A stretch of 64,000 nucleotides of DNA from Alphaproteobacteria bacterium (lineage in GTDB: Bacteria; Pseudomonadota; Alphaproteobacteria; Bin95): NCBI GenBank assembly GCA_965261985.1, contig OZ253490.1, positions 5,378,141-5,442,140 of the forward strand. Direction: 5' to 3'. Below are positions 34,047 through 44,334 of this stretch, in pieces; positions within the stretch are counted from its first letter, which is position 1; the number at the start of each line of letters is the position of its first letter. A program made the position numbers and the translations under genes. Under the pieces are notes generated by a model. That model was not told the origin of the DNA and made no database searches. It saw only the letters and a program-made list of their open reading frames with translations.

Positions 34047-35399
34047 ATGAGCAACTTCGTGGACTGTGATCGGGACCAAGCGTTTCTGCTTCCTCCCGAT
34101 CTGCGGGACTGGATCCCGGCGGATGATTTGGCGCACTTCGTGATCGAGGCGGTCGAACGCGTCGATCTGGGCGCCTTCAAGGTGAACCATCGTGGCACGG
34201 GCTCGGCGCAGTATCACCCCCGGATGATGCTGGCGCTGCTGATCTACTGCTACGCCAACGGGATCTTTTCCAGCCGTCGTATCGAGCGGGCGACGCACCG
34301 CGATATCGGTGTTCGCTTCGTTGCGGCGAACCGGCACCCCGACCACGATACGATCGCGCGCTTCCGGCGGGAGAACTTCGACGCGGTGTCGGAGAGCTTC
34401 TTGCAGGTTCTGCTTCTGGCCAAGGAGTTGAAGCTGTTGCGCGTGGGCTTGGTGAGCGTCGACGGCTCCAAGTTCAAGGCCAACGCCAGCAAGCATCGTT
34501 CGGTGACGTATGAGCGCGCGGGCGGGTTGATCGCCCAACTGGAAGGCGAGATCGCGGCGTTGCTGAGCCGGGCGGAGGCGGCGGACGTGGCTGGCGAGGA
34601 GGATCCCCAGGCCTTGCCGAAGGAGATTGCCCGCCGCGCGGCCTTGCGCGACAAGCTCGATGCGGCCCGTCGCCATCTGGAGGCGCAGGCTGAGGCGCGG
34701 GCGGCAGCGGAGCGCGCGGCCTGGGAGGCCAAGGTGGCGGCGCGGGAGAAGCGCCGGGGTCGTGCCAAGGGCAAGCATCCGAAGCCGCCGGCCGAGACCC
34801 CGGCTGCGGACGCGCAAAGCAATCTGAGCGACCCGGACAGTCGGCTGATGCGCAAGAGCAAGCAGCATGAGTATCGCCAGGCCTACAACGCGCAGGCGGC
34901 GGTGGATGCCGGCGGCAGTCAGTTGATCGTGAGCGCGCGGATCGGCCAATGCGCCAGCGACCGCAACGACCTGGTGGCGGACATCGCGGCGATCCCGGCG
35001 GTGCTGGGCCGGCCGGAGACGGTGCTCGCGGACAACGGCTATGCCAACGGAGCGGAGGTGGCGGCGCTGGAGACGAGCGGCATCGAGGTCCTGGTGTCGA
35101 CCGCGGCGGAAGGCCGCCGCCGAACCCACGACTTCCGCCCGGTGAAGGCTCTGCCAGCGGTAAAGGAGCCCAAGGCCGACTGGTTGAAGGCGATGGCCGA
35201 GAAGCTCGCGAGCGAAGAGGGCCGTGCCCTCTACAAGCTGCGCCGGCAGACCGTCGAGCCGGTCTTCGGCGTCATCAAGGCGGTGCTCGGCTTCGCCGGG
35301 TTCTCGCTGCGCGGCCTCGACAAGGTCGAGGGCGAGTGGACCCTGGTGGCTCTCGCTTACAACTGCAAGCGCTTGCACAAGCTGAGCCTGGCGACATGA
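34047..35399 (+). CDS. IS1182-family transposase
   Basis: DQAFLLPPDLRDW, YHPRMMLALL, SVDGSK, QAYNAQ, LADNGY, RRQTVEPVFG; right end at about 35570. Confidence 0.92.
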   Translation: MSNFVDCDRDQAFLLPPDLRDWIPADDLAHFVIEAVERVDLGAFKVNHRGTGSAQYHPRMMLALLIYCYANGIFSSRRIERATHRDIGVRFVAANRHPDHDTIARFRRENFDAVSESFLQVLLLAKELKLLRVGLVSVDGSKFKANASKHRSVTYERAGGLIAQLEGEIAALLSRAEAADVAGEEDPQALPKEIARRAALRDKLDAARRHLEAQAEARAAAERAAWEAKVAAREKRRGRAKGKHPKPPAETPAADAQSNLSDPDSRLMRKSKQHEYRQAYNAQAAVDAGGSQLIVSARIGQCASDRNDLVADIAAIPAVLGRPETVLADNGYANGAEVAALETSGIEVLVSTAAEGRRRTHDFRPVKALPAVKEPKADWLKAMAEKLASEEGRALYKLRRQTVEPVFGVIKAVLGFAGFSLRGLDKVEGEWTLVALAYNCKRLHKLSLAT

Positions 35400-35578
35400 G
35401 GCGCCGCGGCGGAGCAGGTCGTGACAGAGCTAGCCCGCCCACGCCGCGATCCGCCGCAGAACCGGCAAACCGCCTCTATCGGGAAGAAACCAGCCCCACC
35501 TCAGCCCGACGCCAAAACCACCGGCCACAAAGCCATACTCAATCGATGACCCAAAGTCCGACAGACTGCTAACCGGCA

Positions 35579-35956
35579 ACGAGGATATTGCTGGACACCC
35601 ACGCCTTTCTTTGGTGGTTGACGGACGATTCCCGCTTGTCGCGCCCCGCTCGCCGCATGATCGGAGACAATGCGAATGACGTCGTGGTGAGCGCCGCTTC
35701 CGTCTGGGAAATCGCGACCAAGGCCCGGCTCGGCAGGCTGCCGGACATCGGCGCCGACATCGCCGGTTCCATCGCCAGAGAAGGCTTCGAGCAAATCGCG
35801 ATCTCGGTCGCCGATGCCGAGCGCGCCGGACGGCTGCCGGGGCCCCATCGAGACCCGTTCGACCGGATGCTCATCGCCCAGGCCATAGGACACGGCATGC
35901 CGATTGTGTCCATCGACGCAGCGTTCGACCGCTACGACATCCGCCGCCTCTGGTAG
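35579..35956 (+). CDS. vapC: PIN-domain VapC toxin, orphan, with non-ATG start
   Basis: (T)RILLDTHAFLWW, SAASVWEIA, HRDPFDRMLIAQA; ACG stands where the ATG is expected. Confidence 0.8.
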   Translation, partial: TRILLDTHAFLWWLTDDSRLSRPARRMIGDNANDVVVSAASVWEIATKARLGRLPDIGADIAGSIAREGFEQIAISVADAERAGRLPGPHRDPFDRMLIAQAIGHGMPIVSIDAAFDRYDIRRLW

Positions 35957-36051
35957 CCGGTCCAGCCTGCCGGACGCAGCATTGGCAAAGGACGCGCTGC
36001 CGGACTAGGATTCCCGTAGCGACGAAGAGCCGGAATGCGGGGATACGGGCG

Positions 36052-38325
36052 ATGGTTGACAACGACACGCTGGGGCGCGAGGCGCTGCGGATGCACGCCT
36101 CCGGACGGCCCGGCAAGGTGGAGGTGACGCCGACCAAGCCGCTCACCACCCAGTACCAGCTCTCGCTCGCCTATTCGCCGGGCGTGGCCGCGCCCTGCCT
36201 GGAGATCGAGAAAGACCCCGCCCTCGCCTACGACTATACCGCCCGGGGCAATATGGTGGCCGTGATCTCCAACGGCACCGCCGTGCTCGGCCTCGGCAAT
36301 ATCGGCGCGCTCGCCTCCAAGCCCGTCATGGAAGGAAAGGCGGTTCTTTTCAAGCGCTTCGCCGATGTGGACGGAATCGACCTGGAGGTGGACACAGAGG
36401 ATGTCGATGCCTTCATCGATTGCGTGCGCTATCTCGGCAAGAGCTTCGGCGGCATCAACCTGGAGGACATCAAGGCGCCGGAGTGCTTCATCATCGAGGA
36501 GCGCCTGCGCGAACTGCTGGACATCCCGGTCTTCCACGACGACCAGCACGGCACGGCGATCATCTCGGCCGCCGGCCTCATCAACGCGCTCCACCTGACC
36601 GGGCGGCGCATCCAGGACTGCCGCATGGTGGTGAACGGCGCCGGCGCCTCCGGCATCGCCTGCGTGGAGCTGTTCAAGTCGCTCGGACTGCCGGCGGAGA
36701 ATGTCGTGCTCTGCGACACGCGCGGCATCATTTACCGGGGACGCACCGAGGGCATGAACCAGTGGAAATCGGCCCATGCGGTCGAGACCGAAGCGCGCAC
36801 GCTGGACGACGCGATGGCGGGCGCGGACATCGCCTTCGGCCTGTCGGCGAAGGGCGCCTTCACCCAGGCGATGGTCGCCTCCATGGCGGAGAAGCCGATT
36901 ATCTTCGCGCTCGCCAATCCCGATCCGGAGATCACGCCGGAGGAGGTGCGCGAGGTGCGCAGCGACGCGATCGTCTGCACCGGGCGGTCCGACTACCCCA
37001 ACCAGGTCAACAATGTGCTGGGTTTTCCCTATATCTTCCGGGGCGCGCTGGATGTCCGCGCGACGACGGTGAACGACGCGATGAAGATTGCCGCCGCCGA
37101 TGCGCTGGCGGCGCTCGCGCGCGAGGACGTGCCGGACGAGGCGGCCGCGGCCTATCCCGGCAAACGCCTGCAATACGGCCCCGACTACATCATCCCGGTG
37201 CCTTTCGACCCGCGCCTGGTGGTCAAGATTCCCGAGGCTGTAGCCCGCGCCGCCATCGACAGCGGGGTTGCGCAGAAACCGATTGAGGACTGGTCCGCTT
37301 ACCGGGCTGCGCTCGCCGCCCGCCTCGACTCGACCTCCGGCAGCCTTCAGCGCATCTATGCCGAGGTGCAGGCCGCGCCGCGTCGCGTCGTCTTCGCCGA
37401 GGGCGAGGAAGAGCGCGCCATCCGTGCCGCGCTCGCCTTCCGCGCCCAGGGCTTCGGCACGCCAGTGCTGGTCGGGCGGGAAAATATCATCCGCGACCAG
37501 ATGGAGCGGCTAGGCATCGCCGCAGGAGAGCCGCTCGAGATCCACAACGCCGCGCTCTCGGAAGACAATGCCCGCTATATCGCCATGCTCTACGAGCGCC
37601 TGCAGCGCCAGGGATACCTACAGCGCGACGTGCAACGCATGGTGCACCAGGACCGCAATTGCTTCGCCGCCTGCATGGTGGCGGCGGGCGCGGCCGACGC
37701 CATGGTCACCGGGCTCACGCGGTCCTTCCAGGTGAGCTTCGCCGACGTGTCTCACGTACTGGCGCCCATTGCCGATTCGACGCCCTGCGGCGTCACCCTC
37801 TATGTGAACCGCAACCAGACGGTTTTCCTCGCGGACACGACGGTGAACGAGCGGCCGGGGCCGCAAGAACTCGCCGACATCGCGACTGCAGGGGCCCATA
37901 TGGCGCGCAATATGGGCGCGGAACCGCGCGTCGCCCTGCTCTCCTTCTCCAATTTCGGCAACCCGCCCTTCGAGGAGGCCGCCCATGTCCGCGAGGCGGT
38001 GGCCGCGCTCGACCGGCGGCAGGTGGACTTCGAATATGAGGGCGAGATGTCGGCCGATGCCGCGCTCGACGGCGACCTGATGCGCCAGCTCTATCCCTTT
38101 GCGCGCCTCTCCGGGCCGGCCAATGTGCTCGTCATGCCGGGCCTGCACGCCGCCAACATCTCCGCCAAGATGCTGCAAATGCTGGGCGGCGGAGCCGTGA
38201 TCGGGCCGGTTCTGCTCGGGCTTTCCAAGCCGGTCCAGATCGTCCAGATGGGCGCCAAGGTCTCCGAGATCGTCAATATGGCCGTCTTCGCCGCCCATGC
38301 GGCGCAGGAACGCGCGGTTCAGTAG
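36052..38325 (+). CDS. maeB: NADP-dependent malic enzyme with phosphotransacetylase-like domain
   Basis: [44 protein letters not shown]-terminal PTA domain. Confidence 0.95.
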   Translation: MVDNDTLGREALRMHASGRPGKVEVTPTKPLTTQYQLSLAYSPGVAAPCLEIEKDPALAYDYTARGNMVAVISNGTAVLGLGNIGALASKPVMEGKAVLFKRFADVDGIDLEVDTEDVDAFIDCVRYLGKSFGGINLEDIKAPECFIIEERLRELLDIPVFHDDQHGTAIISAAGLINALHLTGRRIQDCRMVVNGAGASGIACVELFKSLGLPAENVVLCDTRGIIYRGRTEGMNQWKSAHAVETEARTLDDAMAGADIAFGLSAKGAFTQAMVASMAEKPIIFALANPDPEITPEEVREVRSDAIVCTGRSDYPNQVNNVLGFPYIFRGALDVRATTVNDAMKIAAADALAALAREDVPDEAAAAYPGKRLQYGPDYIIPVPFDPRLVVKIPEAVARAAIDSGVAQKPIEDWSAYRAALAARLDSTSGSLQRIYAEVQAAPRRVVFAEGEEERAIRAALAFRAQGFGTPVLVGRENIIRDQMERLGIAAGEPLEIHNAALSEDNARYIAMLYERLQRQGYLQRDVQRMVHQDRNCFAACMVAAGAADAMVTGLTRSFQVSFADVSHVLAPIADSTPCGVTLYVNRNQTVFLADTTVNERPGPQELADIATAGAHMARNMGAEPRVALLSFSNFGNPPFEEAAHVREAVAALDRRQVDFEYEGEMSADAALDGDLMRQLYPFARLSGPANVLVMPGLHAANISAKMLQMLGGGAVIGPVLLGLSKPVQIVQMGAKVSEIVNMAVFAAHAAQERAVQ

Positions 38326-38987
38326 CCTCTGTCGGGCAGCGCCTCGTGCAGGGGGCGCACGCGGGGGTCCAGTTGCCGCTCGGTATAGTAGTCGGCCGCC
38401 GGTTTCCAGGCATCGAAGACGCGCCTGAGTTCACCGACGGGCTCGTCGTGGATATCGACGCGAAGATCGACGCGCGGGAAATCATGGTCGGCCCAAGTGA
38501 CGAGAGCGGCGGAGTTCTGCCCGCCATGCTGCCCGCCGGCATCGCGGCCGGCTTCGAGTGCCGCGAGCAGGCGTTCGGAAAGCGTGTCGCCCGCAAAGCC
38601 CTCCTCGATGGCGTCGAGTACATGCTCGCCCAACAGCACATTGCCGAGCGCAATCAGCCCGTCGCGAACATGATGGCCGGCAAAATCGCGGTTCTGCGTG
38701 CCGGTGCGCGCCGCCGCCCCGCCGTCCGCGTCGATCACGCCCAATTGCCGGTATTCGGGATGCGGATCGGCCGCGGCGAGCGCCGCGATCACAGCCGGCG
38801 CGGGGCAGCCATTGGCCAGCAGGTCCTGCGCAAGCCTGCCGAGGCGGAAGTCGGCAATCGCCATGATGGCGACGGCGCCGAGGCGCGAGACATGCGGCAC
38901 GCGGGAACCGACCGCGAGCGAGCGCGTCGCGGTAGCGATGCCGACCTCGCCGGTTGCCAGGTCGCGGGCGATGCAGGTGAAGGTCAT
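38319..38987 (-). CDS. DUF1028-family (Ntn-hydrolase-like) protein
   Basis: MTFTCIARD, LAVGSRVP, RQLGVID, AGRDAGG, DLRVDIHDEPVGEL. Confidence 0.85.
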   Translation of the reverse strand: MTFTCIARDLATGEVGIATATRSLAVGSRVPHVSRLGAVAIMAIADFRLGRLAQDLLANGCPAPAVIAALAAADPHPEYRQLGVIDADGGAAARTGTQNRDFAGHHVRDGLIALGNVLLGEHVLDAIEEGFAGDTLSERLLAALEAGRDAGGQHGGQNSAALVTWADHDFPRVDLRVDIHDEPVGELRRVFDAWKPAADYYTERQLDPRVRPLHEALPDRGY

Positions 38988-39448
38988 CAGAGCACCCTGA
39001 ACACGTCGTAAACGGGCCCTTCCGGCAACCGCCGACCGGTGCCGACGAACAGCGACCGGTTCATCCAGGCATAGGTCTCGGAGGCTGTCTCGAACACCGG
39101 CACGGTGCGGAAATACACCTCGGACGGGTCCACAGGCTCGCCCCGGTTCATGCGCTCCATGGCTTCGGGCGAGCCGTGGCGCAGGCCGCGATAGCTCATG
39201 AAGATCAGCGCGCCGTCATCGGTCTCGAGCGTCACGCGGACATCGAGTTGCAGCACGCCGTCATGGCGCAGCATCAACCAGTCGCCGCCGCCGCCATGGA
39301 CGATGCCCTTGATCGACGGCCCTTCGAAGCTGCCGCCGCCCACCTTCGCGATGCGCCGCCGCCCCCAGGGCACATCGCCCAGATCGGCGATCGGCTCGGT
39401 TACCGATAGCGAGACGGTCATCGCATATTCGGTCTGGATCGGGTCCAT
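38987..39448 (-). CDS. DUF3237-family protein
   Basis: GRRRIAKVGGGSFEG, GGGDW, LDVRVTLETDDGALI, YFRTVPVFET. Confidence 0.85.
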   Translation of the reverse strand: MDPIQTEYAMTVSLSVTEPIADLGDVPWGRRRIAKVGGGSFEGPSIKGIVHGGGGDWLMLRHDGVLQLDVRVTLETDDGALIFMSYRGLRHGSPEAMERMNRGEPVDPSEVYFRTVPVFETASETYAWMNRSLFVGTGRRLPEGPVYDVFRVL

Positions 39449-39488
39449 CGGTCTTTCTCCCCCAAGCCTCACGCAATCGAGGCCGCCG

Positions 39489-40934
39489 CTAGAATGTCAG
39501 CGCCCAGCGCTTGAGCAAATGCCGCTCCAGTTCCTTCGCCCGCGCGAGCCAGGCTTCCGCCCGCTCCCGGTCTTCGGCACCGGGCTCGGGACCGAGCAGG
39601 TCGTGGCGCCGGCGCTCGTCGAGATCGCTGATGAAGAGCGCAAAGACCGTCCGGCGCCCGGAAACCGTGTAGAGATAACCGGCAAGGCCACGGCCGTAGA
39701 ACATGCTGCCGGTCTTGGCCCACACCCGGAAAGCGAGCGCCGGTTCGTCCTCCCAACCTGAGAGCGACCCCTTCCAGCCGGAAATCGGCAGGAGCGATTC
39801 GAAGCTGCGGCCCGCATAGCGCCGGCCGGCGGCATAGCGCAGCAGCGCGGCCATGCGGCGCGGCGAGGCGCGCGCGTGGCTGCTGAGGCCGGAATGGCGG
39901 TCGAGCCGCCAATCCGGCCCGGCCCCGCCGATGCGCCGGTCCAGTTCCGCTTGCAGGCGTGCGGCGGACGCCGCCAGCGTCTCCGGCTTGCCGGCCAGCT
40001 TGAGAGCGGCCCCGAGGCCGACCAGTTCGGCGAGCAGGTTGTTGCTGTAGTGGAGGGTAAGCCCCACGACATCGACCAGCCGCTGCCCGCGGTGCCGGGC
40101 GACTATCCGGGCATCGGCGGGCGCGGTTCCGGCCTGCGGTTCTTCGAGCGCGAGCCCCTGCATGGCCGCGAGGTCGCGGAACAGGTCGGCGGCAAACCGG
40201 GCGGGCCGCGATACCGGAACCCAGGTTTTGCCATCCCCGCGCCCTGCCACATCCCAGGCGGGGCCTTCCGGTGTCTCAATGCGCCGTACAACGGGTTCGC
40301 CTTTGCCCAGGGCCGCCACCGGCGGCGCCAGGTCGTCGCCCGGCAGGGCGAACGCCTCCAGTCCGCCTCCCGGTGCAGCGCGCCATATGAGCCGGCGCCG
40401 GTTGAAGGAAAGCGAAAGCGCCGAAACGCCGGGGTTGTACACCGCCCTGCCGCTTTGCCCGGCGTCGATCTCGGAGGTGTGCGGGAGCAGGCTGTCGTCG
40501 TAGAAGAACTCCGCTTCGGTCAAGCCGGCCTCCACGCCGGCCCGCGCAAGCGACATCAGGTCCTCGACAGCAAGCAGCGGGTCGCCGCCCCCGACCAGAT
40601 AGAGGCGGTCGCCGGAGAGTTGCAGCGTGGTTTCGAAACGGTGTTCGCCGCCCAGAATTTCGAGCGCGGCGATGGCGGTTGCAATCTTGACCGTGGAGGC
40701 GGGGAGAAAGGCCTCGTCCGCGCGCCGCGACACCAGCATGTCGCCACCGTCGAGGTCCGTTACGATATAGCCGACACGCGCACCGTCCAACCCGGCTGCC
40801 GCAATCGGTTCCTCGGCCGGAGGCGGGAGCCGTTCCGTTCCCGATTGCGCATCCAGCGATATGACGGCGGCGCAAAGCGCCAGCATCGCCACCCGCCGAA
40901 GCGTGCGACTCAACTCGGCAGGAAACGCTCGCAA
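39489..40934 (-). CDS. dacB: D-Ala-D-Ala carboxypeptidase/endopeptidase (peptidase S13, PBP4)
   Basis: PASTVK (SxxK), YSNN (SxN), AKTGS (KTG); signal peptide. Confidence 0.88.
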   Translation of the reverse strand: MRAFPAELSRTLRRVAMLALCAAVISLDAQSGTERLPPPAEEPIAAAGLDGARVGYIVTDLDGGDMLVSRRADEAFLPASTVKIATAIAALEILGGEHRFETTLQLSGDRLYLVGGGDPLLAVEDLMSLARAGVEAGLTEAEFFYDDSLLPHTSEIDAGQSGRAVYNPGVSALSLSFNRRRLIWRAAPGGGLEAFALPGDDLAPPVAALGKGEPVVRRIETPEGPAWDVAGRGDGKTWVPVSRPARFAADLFRDLAAMQGLALEEPQAGTAPADARIVARHRGQRLVDVVGLTLHYSNNLLAELVGLGAALKLAGKPETLAASAARLQAELDRRIGGAGPDWRLDRHSGLSSHARASPRRMAALLRYAAGRRYAGRSFESLLPISGWKGSLSGWEDEPALAFRVWAKTGSMFYGRGLAGYLYTVSGRRTVFALFISDLDERRRHDLLGPEPGAEDRERAEAWLARAKELERHLLKRWALTF

Positions 40935-41866
40935 TGGATGCGCTCCTCCGCGACCCCAACTTTCCGGAGCCGCACGCGGGCCGCGTCGATCATCGCCGGC
41001 GGGCCGCAGACATAGGCGTCGATGTCCGGTTCGGGGGGATCGATCAGGTCGGTCACGAAGCCCGTGTGGAAGGACGGACCGGCGCCCGGCGCCTCCACGG
41101 CAATGCGCACCCGCGCCCCGCTCGCGGCGAGGCGGTCGAGCGCGAACAACCGGCCCGCAGATGCCGCGCCGAACAGCACGACCGCCGGCTGCCGGCCTTC
41201 CAGCGCCTCCAGCATGGCGAGGATCGGGGCGAGGCCGGTGCCGCCCGCCACCATCAGCACCGGCCGCGCCGGTTCGCGCAGGAAAAACCCGCCATAGGGG
41301 CCCGATACATCGAGCCGGTCGCCCGGCTTCGCGCGCGCCGCCAGATAGCCGGACATGAGGCCGTCCGGCAGCAGGCGCGCAAAGAACTCACCGCCCTGCC
41401 GGCGGGAGAAGGAGAAGGCGCGCTCCGCATCCGTGCCGGGCACGCCGAGCCGGGCATATTGGCCCGGCAGGAAGGTGAACTCCCGGTCGAGCGCGAGGTC
41501 GAGCCGGACGGTGTCGTCCGCCACGGTCTCGACCGCGGTTACCGTTGCCTGCGTGACTGCCGCCCCGCCGGTCAGCGCGAAGGGATAGGGGAAACGGAGC
41601 GTGCAATCGCCGAGCGGGCGCATCTGGCAGGTCAGCAAAAGCCCGGCGGCTTCCTCCTCGGCGGTGAGCGCCTCGGGGCTGGCGTCGCCCACATCGTATT
41701 CGCCCTCGATGCACTGCGCCTTGCAGGTTCCGCAGGCGCCTTCGCGGCAGTCCGTCGCGAGCTCGACACCCTGCGCCTGGGCGGACTGGAACACCGTCTG
41801 CCAGGGCTCGCCGACGATCTCGCGCTCCACGCCGTCCTCGAAGGCGAGGCGGAGCCGCAGGCTCAT
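40910..41866 (-). CDS. [2Fe-2S] ferredoxin-NAD(P)H reductase (BenC/XylZ-type oxygenase reductase)
   Basis: DCREGACGTCK..LLTC, RAFSFS, GLMSGYL, AGGTGLAP, CGPPAMI. Confidence 0.88.
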   Translation of the reverse strand: MSLRLRLAFEDGVEREIVGEPWQTVFQSAQAQGVELATDCREGACGTCKAQCIEGEYDVGDASPEALTAEEEAAGLLLTCQMRPLGDCTLRFPYPFALTGGAAVTQATVTAVETVADDTVRLDLALDREFTFLPGQYARLGVPGTDAERAFSFSRRQGGEFFARLLPDGLMSGYLAARAKPGDRLDVSGPYGGFFLREPARPVLMVAGGTGLAPILAMLEALEGRQPAVVLFGAASAGRLFALDRLAASGARVRIAVEAPGAGPSFHTGFVTDLIDPPEPDIDAYVCGPPAMIDAARVRLRKVGVAEERIHCERFLPS

Positions 41867-41876
41867 GGGCGCGCGG

Positions 41877-42665
41877 CTACTCCGCTGCGGCGGCGTGCGG
41901 TGCGAGGCAGTCGTCGGCAAGCGGCAGGATGGGGTCGAAATCGCGGTGCGCGATCCACTCGGCGCGCTTGAAGCGCGTGATGCGGTTGGAGACCGCGCAG
42001 AGGCTGAGATAGACGATCACCCGGTCCCACGGGCTGATATTGGGCGGGCTCGCATGGACGAGGTTGGCGTGGAACATCACCACCGAGCCCGGCTCGCCCG
42101 TCGGCGCCGCGATGCCGCCCTCGCCTGCGAGCCGCGCGACCGTCGCACGGTCCAGCGTCCAGAGCGGGTAGCTGGTCGTCTCAAGGTCGTGGCCGGCCTC
42201 GAAAACACCCTCGCGGTGGCTGCCCGTCAGGAACATCAGCGGCCCGTTGGCGGCGGTCACGGGATCGAGGAACACGGCGATGTTCATCGCATGCGGCTCG
42301 GGCATGCCGTCGTCGCGATGCCAGGTGCCGAAATCCTGGTGCCACTGCCAGACGGCGCCGTCGAAGGCCGCTTTGGCGTTCACCTTGTACTGGTGCATGT
42401 ACACCGACTCGCCGAGCAATTGCTCGACCGGGCGGATCAGGCGCGGATGCGCGCCCAAGCGGCCGAACATGTCGTTGTAGCGGTGCGCGGCAAACGCGGT
42501 GCGCGGCGCGCCATTGTCCTCGCGCCAGACTTCCTCACGCCCGCTCGCGAATACGACATCGGCCTCGCAGCGCAGCATTGAGGCTTCTTCGGCGCTGAAC
42601 ACGCCTTCCAGAAAGAGGTGGCCGTCCCGCTCGTAGCGGGAGACCTGTTCGGGGGTGAGTTGCAT
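41877..42665 (-). CDS. PhyH-family Fe(II)/2-oxoglutarate dioxygenase (proline/ectoine hydroxylase-like)
   Basis: WHQD, NGPL..GSH, VHASPPN..R. Confidence 0.88.
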   Translation of the reverse strand: MQLTPEQVSRYERDGHLFLEGVFSAEEASMLRCEADVVFASGREEVWREDNGAPRTAFAAHRYNDMFGRLGAHPRLIRPVEQLLGESVYMHQYKVNAKAAFDGAVWQWHQDFGTWHRDDGMPEPHAMNIAVFLDPVTAANGPLMFLTGSHREGVFEAGHDLETTSYPLWTLDRATVARLAGEGGIAAPTGEPGSVVMFHANLVHASPPNISPWDRVIVYLSLCAVSNRITRFKRAEWIAHRDFDPILPLADDCLAPHAAAAE

Positions 42666-42679
42666 CGCTCCGGTCCTCC

Positions 42680-44170
42680 TCAGCTCAGGTCGCGTTTCAT
42701 GATCTTGCCCGTCGCATTGAGCGGCAGGCTCTCCCGCAGCTCGACGATACGGGGATATTTGTAACCCGCCAGCCGCTCGCGCGCCCAGCCGATAATGGCA
42801 TCGGGGTCGGGAGCGGCGCCGGCGACGGGCACGACGAACGCCTTGATCTCCTCTCCGTATTGCTCGTCCGGCACGCCCATCACGGCGGCAAGCGAGACTT
42901 CCGGGTGCGTCACCAGAAGTTCCTCGACCTCGCGCGGATAGACGTTGAACCCGCCGCGGATGATCATCTCCTTCAGCCGGTCCACGATATACAGGTAGCC
43001 GTCCTCGTCGAAGCGGCCGATATCGCCGGTGTGGAACCAGCCGCCGCGCAGCGCCTCCGCGGTCTCCTCCGGGCGGCCCAGATAGCCTTTCATCACGCAG
43101 TGGCCGCGCACGACCACCTCGCCCGGCTCGCCTGCAGCCACGGGATTGTCCTCCGGGTCCACAACCCGCACCTCGACGCCCCAGACGGGCAGCCCGACCG
43201 AGCCCACCTTCCGCTCACGGTCGAGCTGGTTGAAGCTCACGCCGGGCGAGGTCTCCGAAAGGCCGTAGCCTTCCAGCACCGTCACATCGAACTTCGCCTC
43301 GAAGCCGCGCAGGATTTCGACCGGCGTCGAGGCGCCGCCCACCGTGACCTGGCGGAGGGTCGAGGCGATGGCGGCGAGGTCGTGCTTTTCGGCGTCGGGA
43401 TAGGTCAGCAGCGCCCAGAGCATGGTCGGCACGCCGGAAAACAGCGTCACCTTCTCGCTCTCCATCAACCCGAGGCAAAGGCTAGGCTCGAACCGGGGCG
43501 CGAGCACCATGGTCGCGGCCTTGCGGAACGCCGCCAGCATCTGCACCACCTGGCCGAACACATGGAACAGCGGCAGCGCGACCAGTACGACATCGCTCAT
43601 GCGCACCTCGCCGAGGTCCACGCAGAGCTGCGCGTTCATCAGCAGGTTGGAGTGGGTCAGCATCGCGCCCTTGGGCCGGCCCGTCGTGCCGGAGGTGTAG
43701 AGCACGACGGCCGTGTCGTCAGGGCTGCACTGCACGGTGTCGAAAGACGCCTCCGCCACAGGCGCGCCGGCCTCGATGAAATGCTCGCAGGCCGGAGCGT
43801 CTTCGAAGGCGGCGCGGCCGACGGAGCCCAACGGCAGTTCGGCCGAACCCTCGTGGCAGACCAGCGCCTTCGCCCTGCTGTCGTTCAGCAGATAAGCCAT
43901 CTCGTCCCGCTTCAGCAGGATGGACACCGGCAGCACGGTCGCCCCGGTCTTCAGCACGCCGAAATAGAAGGCCGCGAAGGCAGGCACATTGGGACAGGCG
44001 AGCGCCACGATATCCCCCGGCCCGATTCCCCGCCCGGCGAGGTCGGCAGCAACCGCCTGCGCCCGCGCATCGAGCTCCCGGTAGCTGACGCGCGCCGGCC
44101 CCTGCACGATAGCCGTCTTATCCGGCCGGTCGCGGGCGCTGGTCTCGAGAATCGTGGCGAGTGAGAGCAT
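42680..44170 (-). CDS. Long-chain acyl-CoA ligase (ANL family)
   Basis: YTSGTTGRPKG, EGYGLSET, TGDIG, DRLKEMIIRGG, GKIMK. Confidence 0.92.
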   Translation of the reverse strand: MLSLATILETSARDRPDKTAIVQGPARVSYRELDARAQAVAADLAGRGIGPGDIVALACPNVPAFAAFYFGVLKTGATVLPVSILLKRDEMAYLLNDSRAKALVCHEGSAELPLGSVGRAAFEDAPACEHFIEAGAPVAEASFDTVQCSPDDTAVVLYTSGTTGRPKGAMLTHSNLLMNAQLCVDLGEVRMSDVVLVALPLFHVFGQVVQMLAAFRKAATMVLAPRFEPSLCLGLMESEKVTLFSGVPTMLWALLTYPDAEKHDLAAIASTLRQVTVGGASTPVEILRGFEAKFDVTVLEGYGLSETSPGVSFNQLDRERKVGSVGLPVWGVEVRVVDPEDNPVAAGEPGEVVVRGHCVMKGYLGRPEETAEALRGGWFHTGDIGRFDEDGYLYIVDRLKEMIIRGGFNVYPREVEELLVTHPEVSLAAVMGVPDEQYGEEIKAFVVPVAGAAPDPDAIIGWARERLAGYKYPRIVELRESLPLNATGKIMKRDLS

Positions 44171-44334
44171 GGAGGCGGGTCTCCGGTTGATCGCCGCGCA
44201 GGGCGGCAACTCCCTATGCCGCAGCTTAAGGCCCCCGTCCCCCGCCGCCAAGACCGCATGCGCCCGCTTCCCTTTCCGCCGCTGCCGATATATCGGTGCG
44301 GCCGTCCTGCGCCCGTTGCCCGGAGGGGAGAGGC

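Noticed and set aside
41877-42665. ectD (ectoine hydroxylase)
   Set aside because: The motif is WQWHQDFGTWH rather than FxWHSDFETWH, and no ect genes are nearby.
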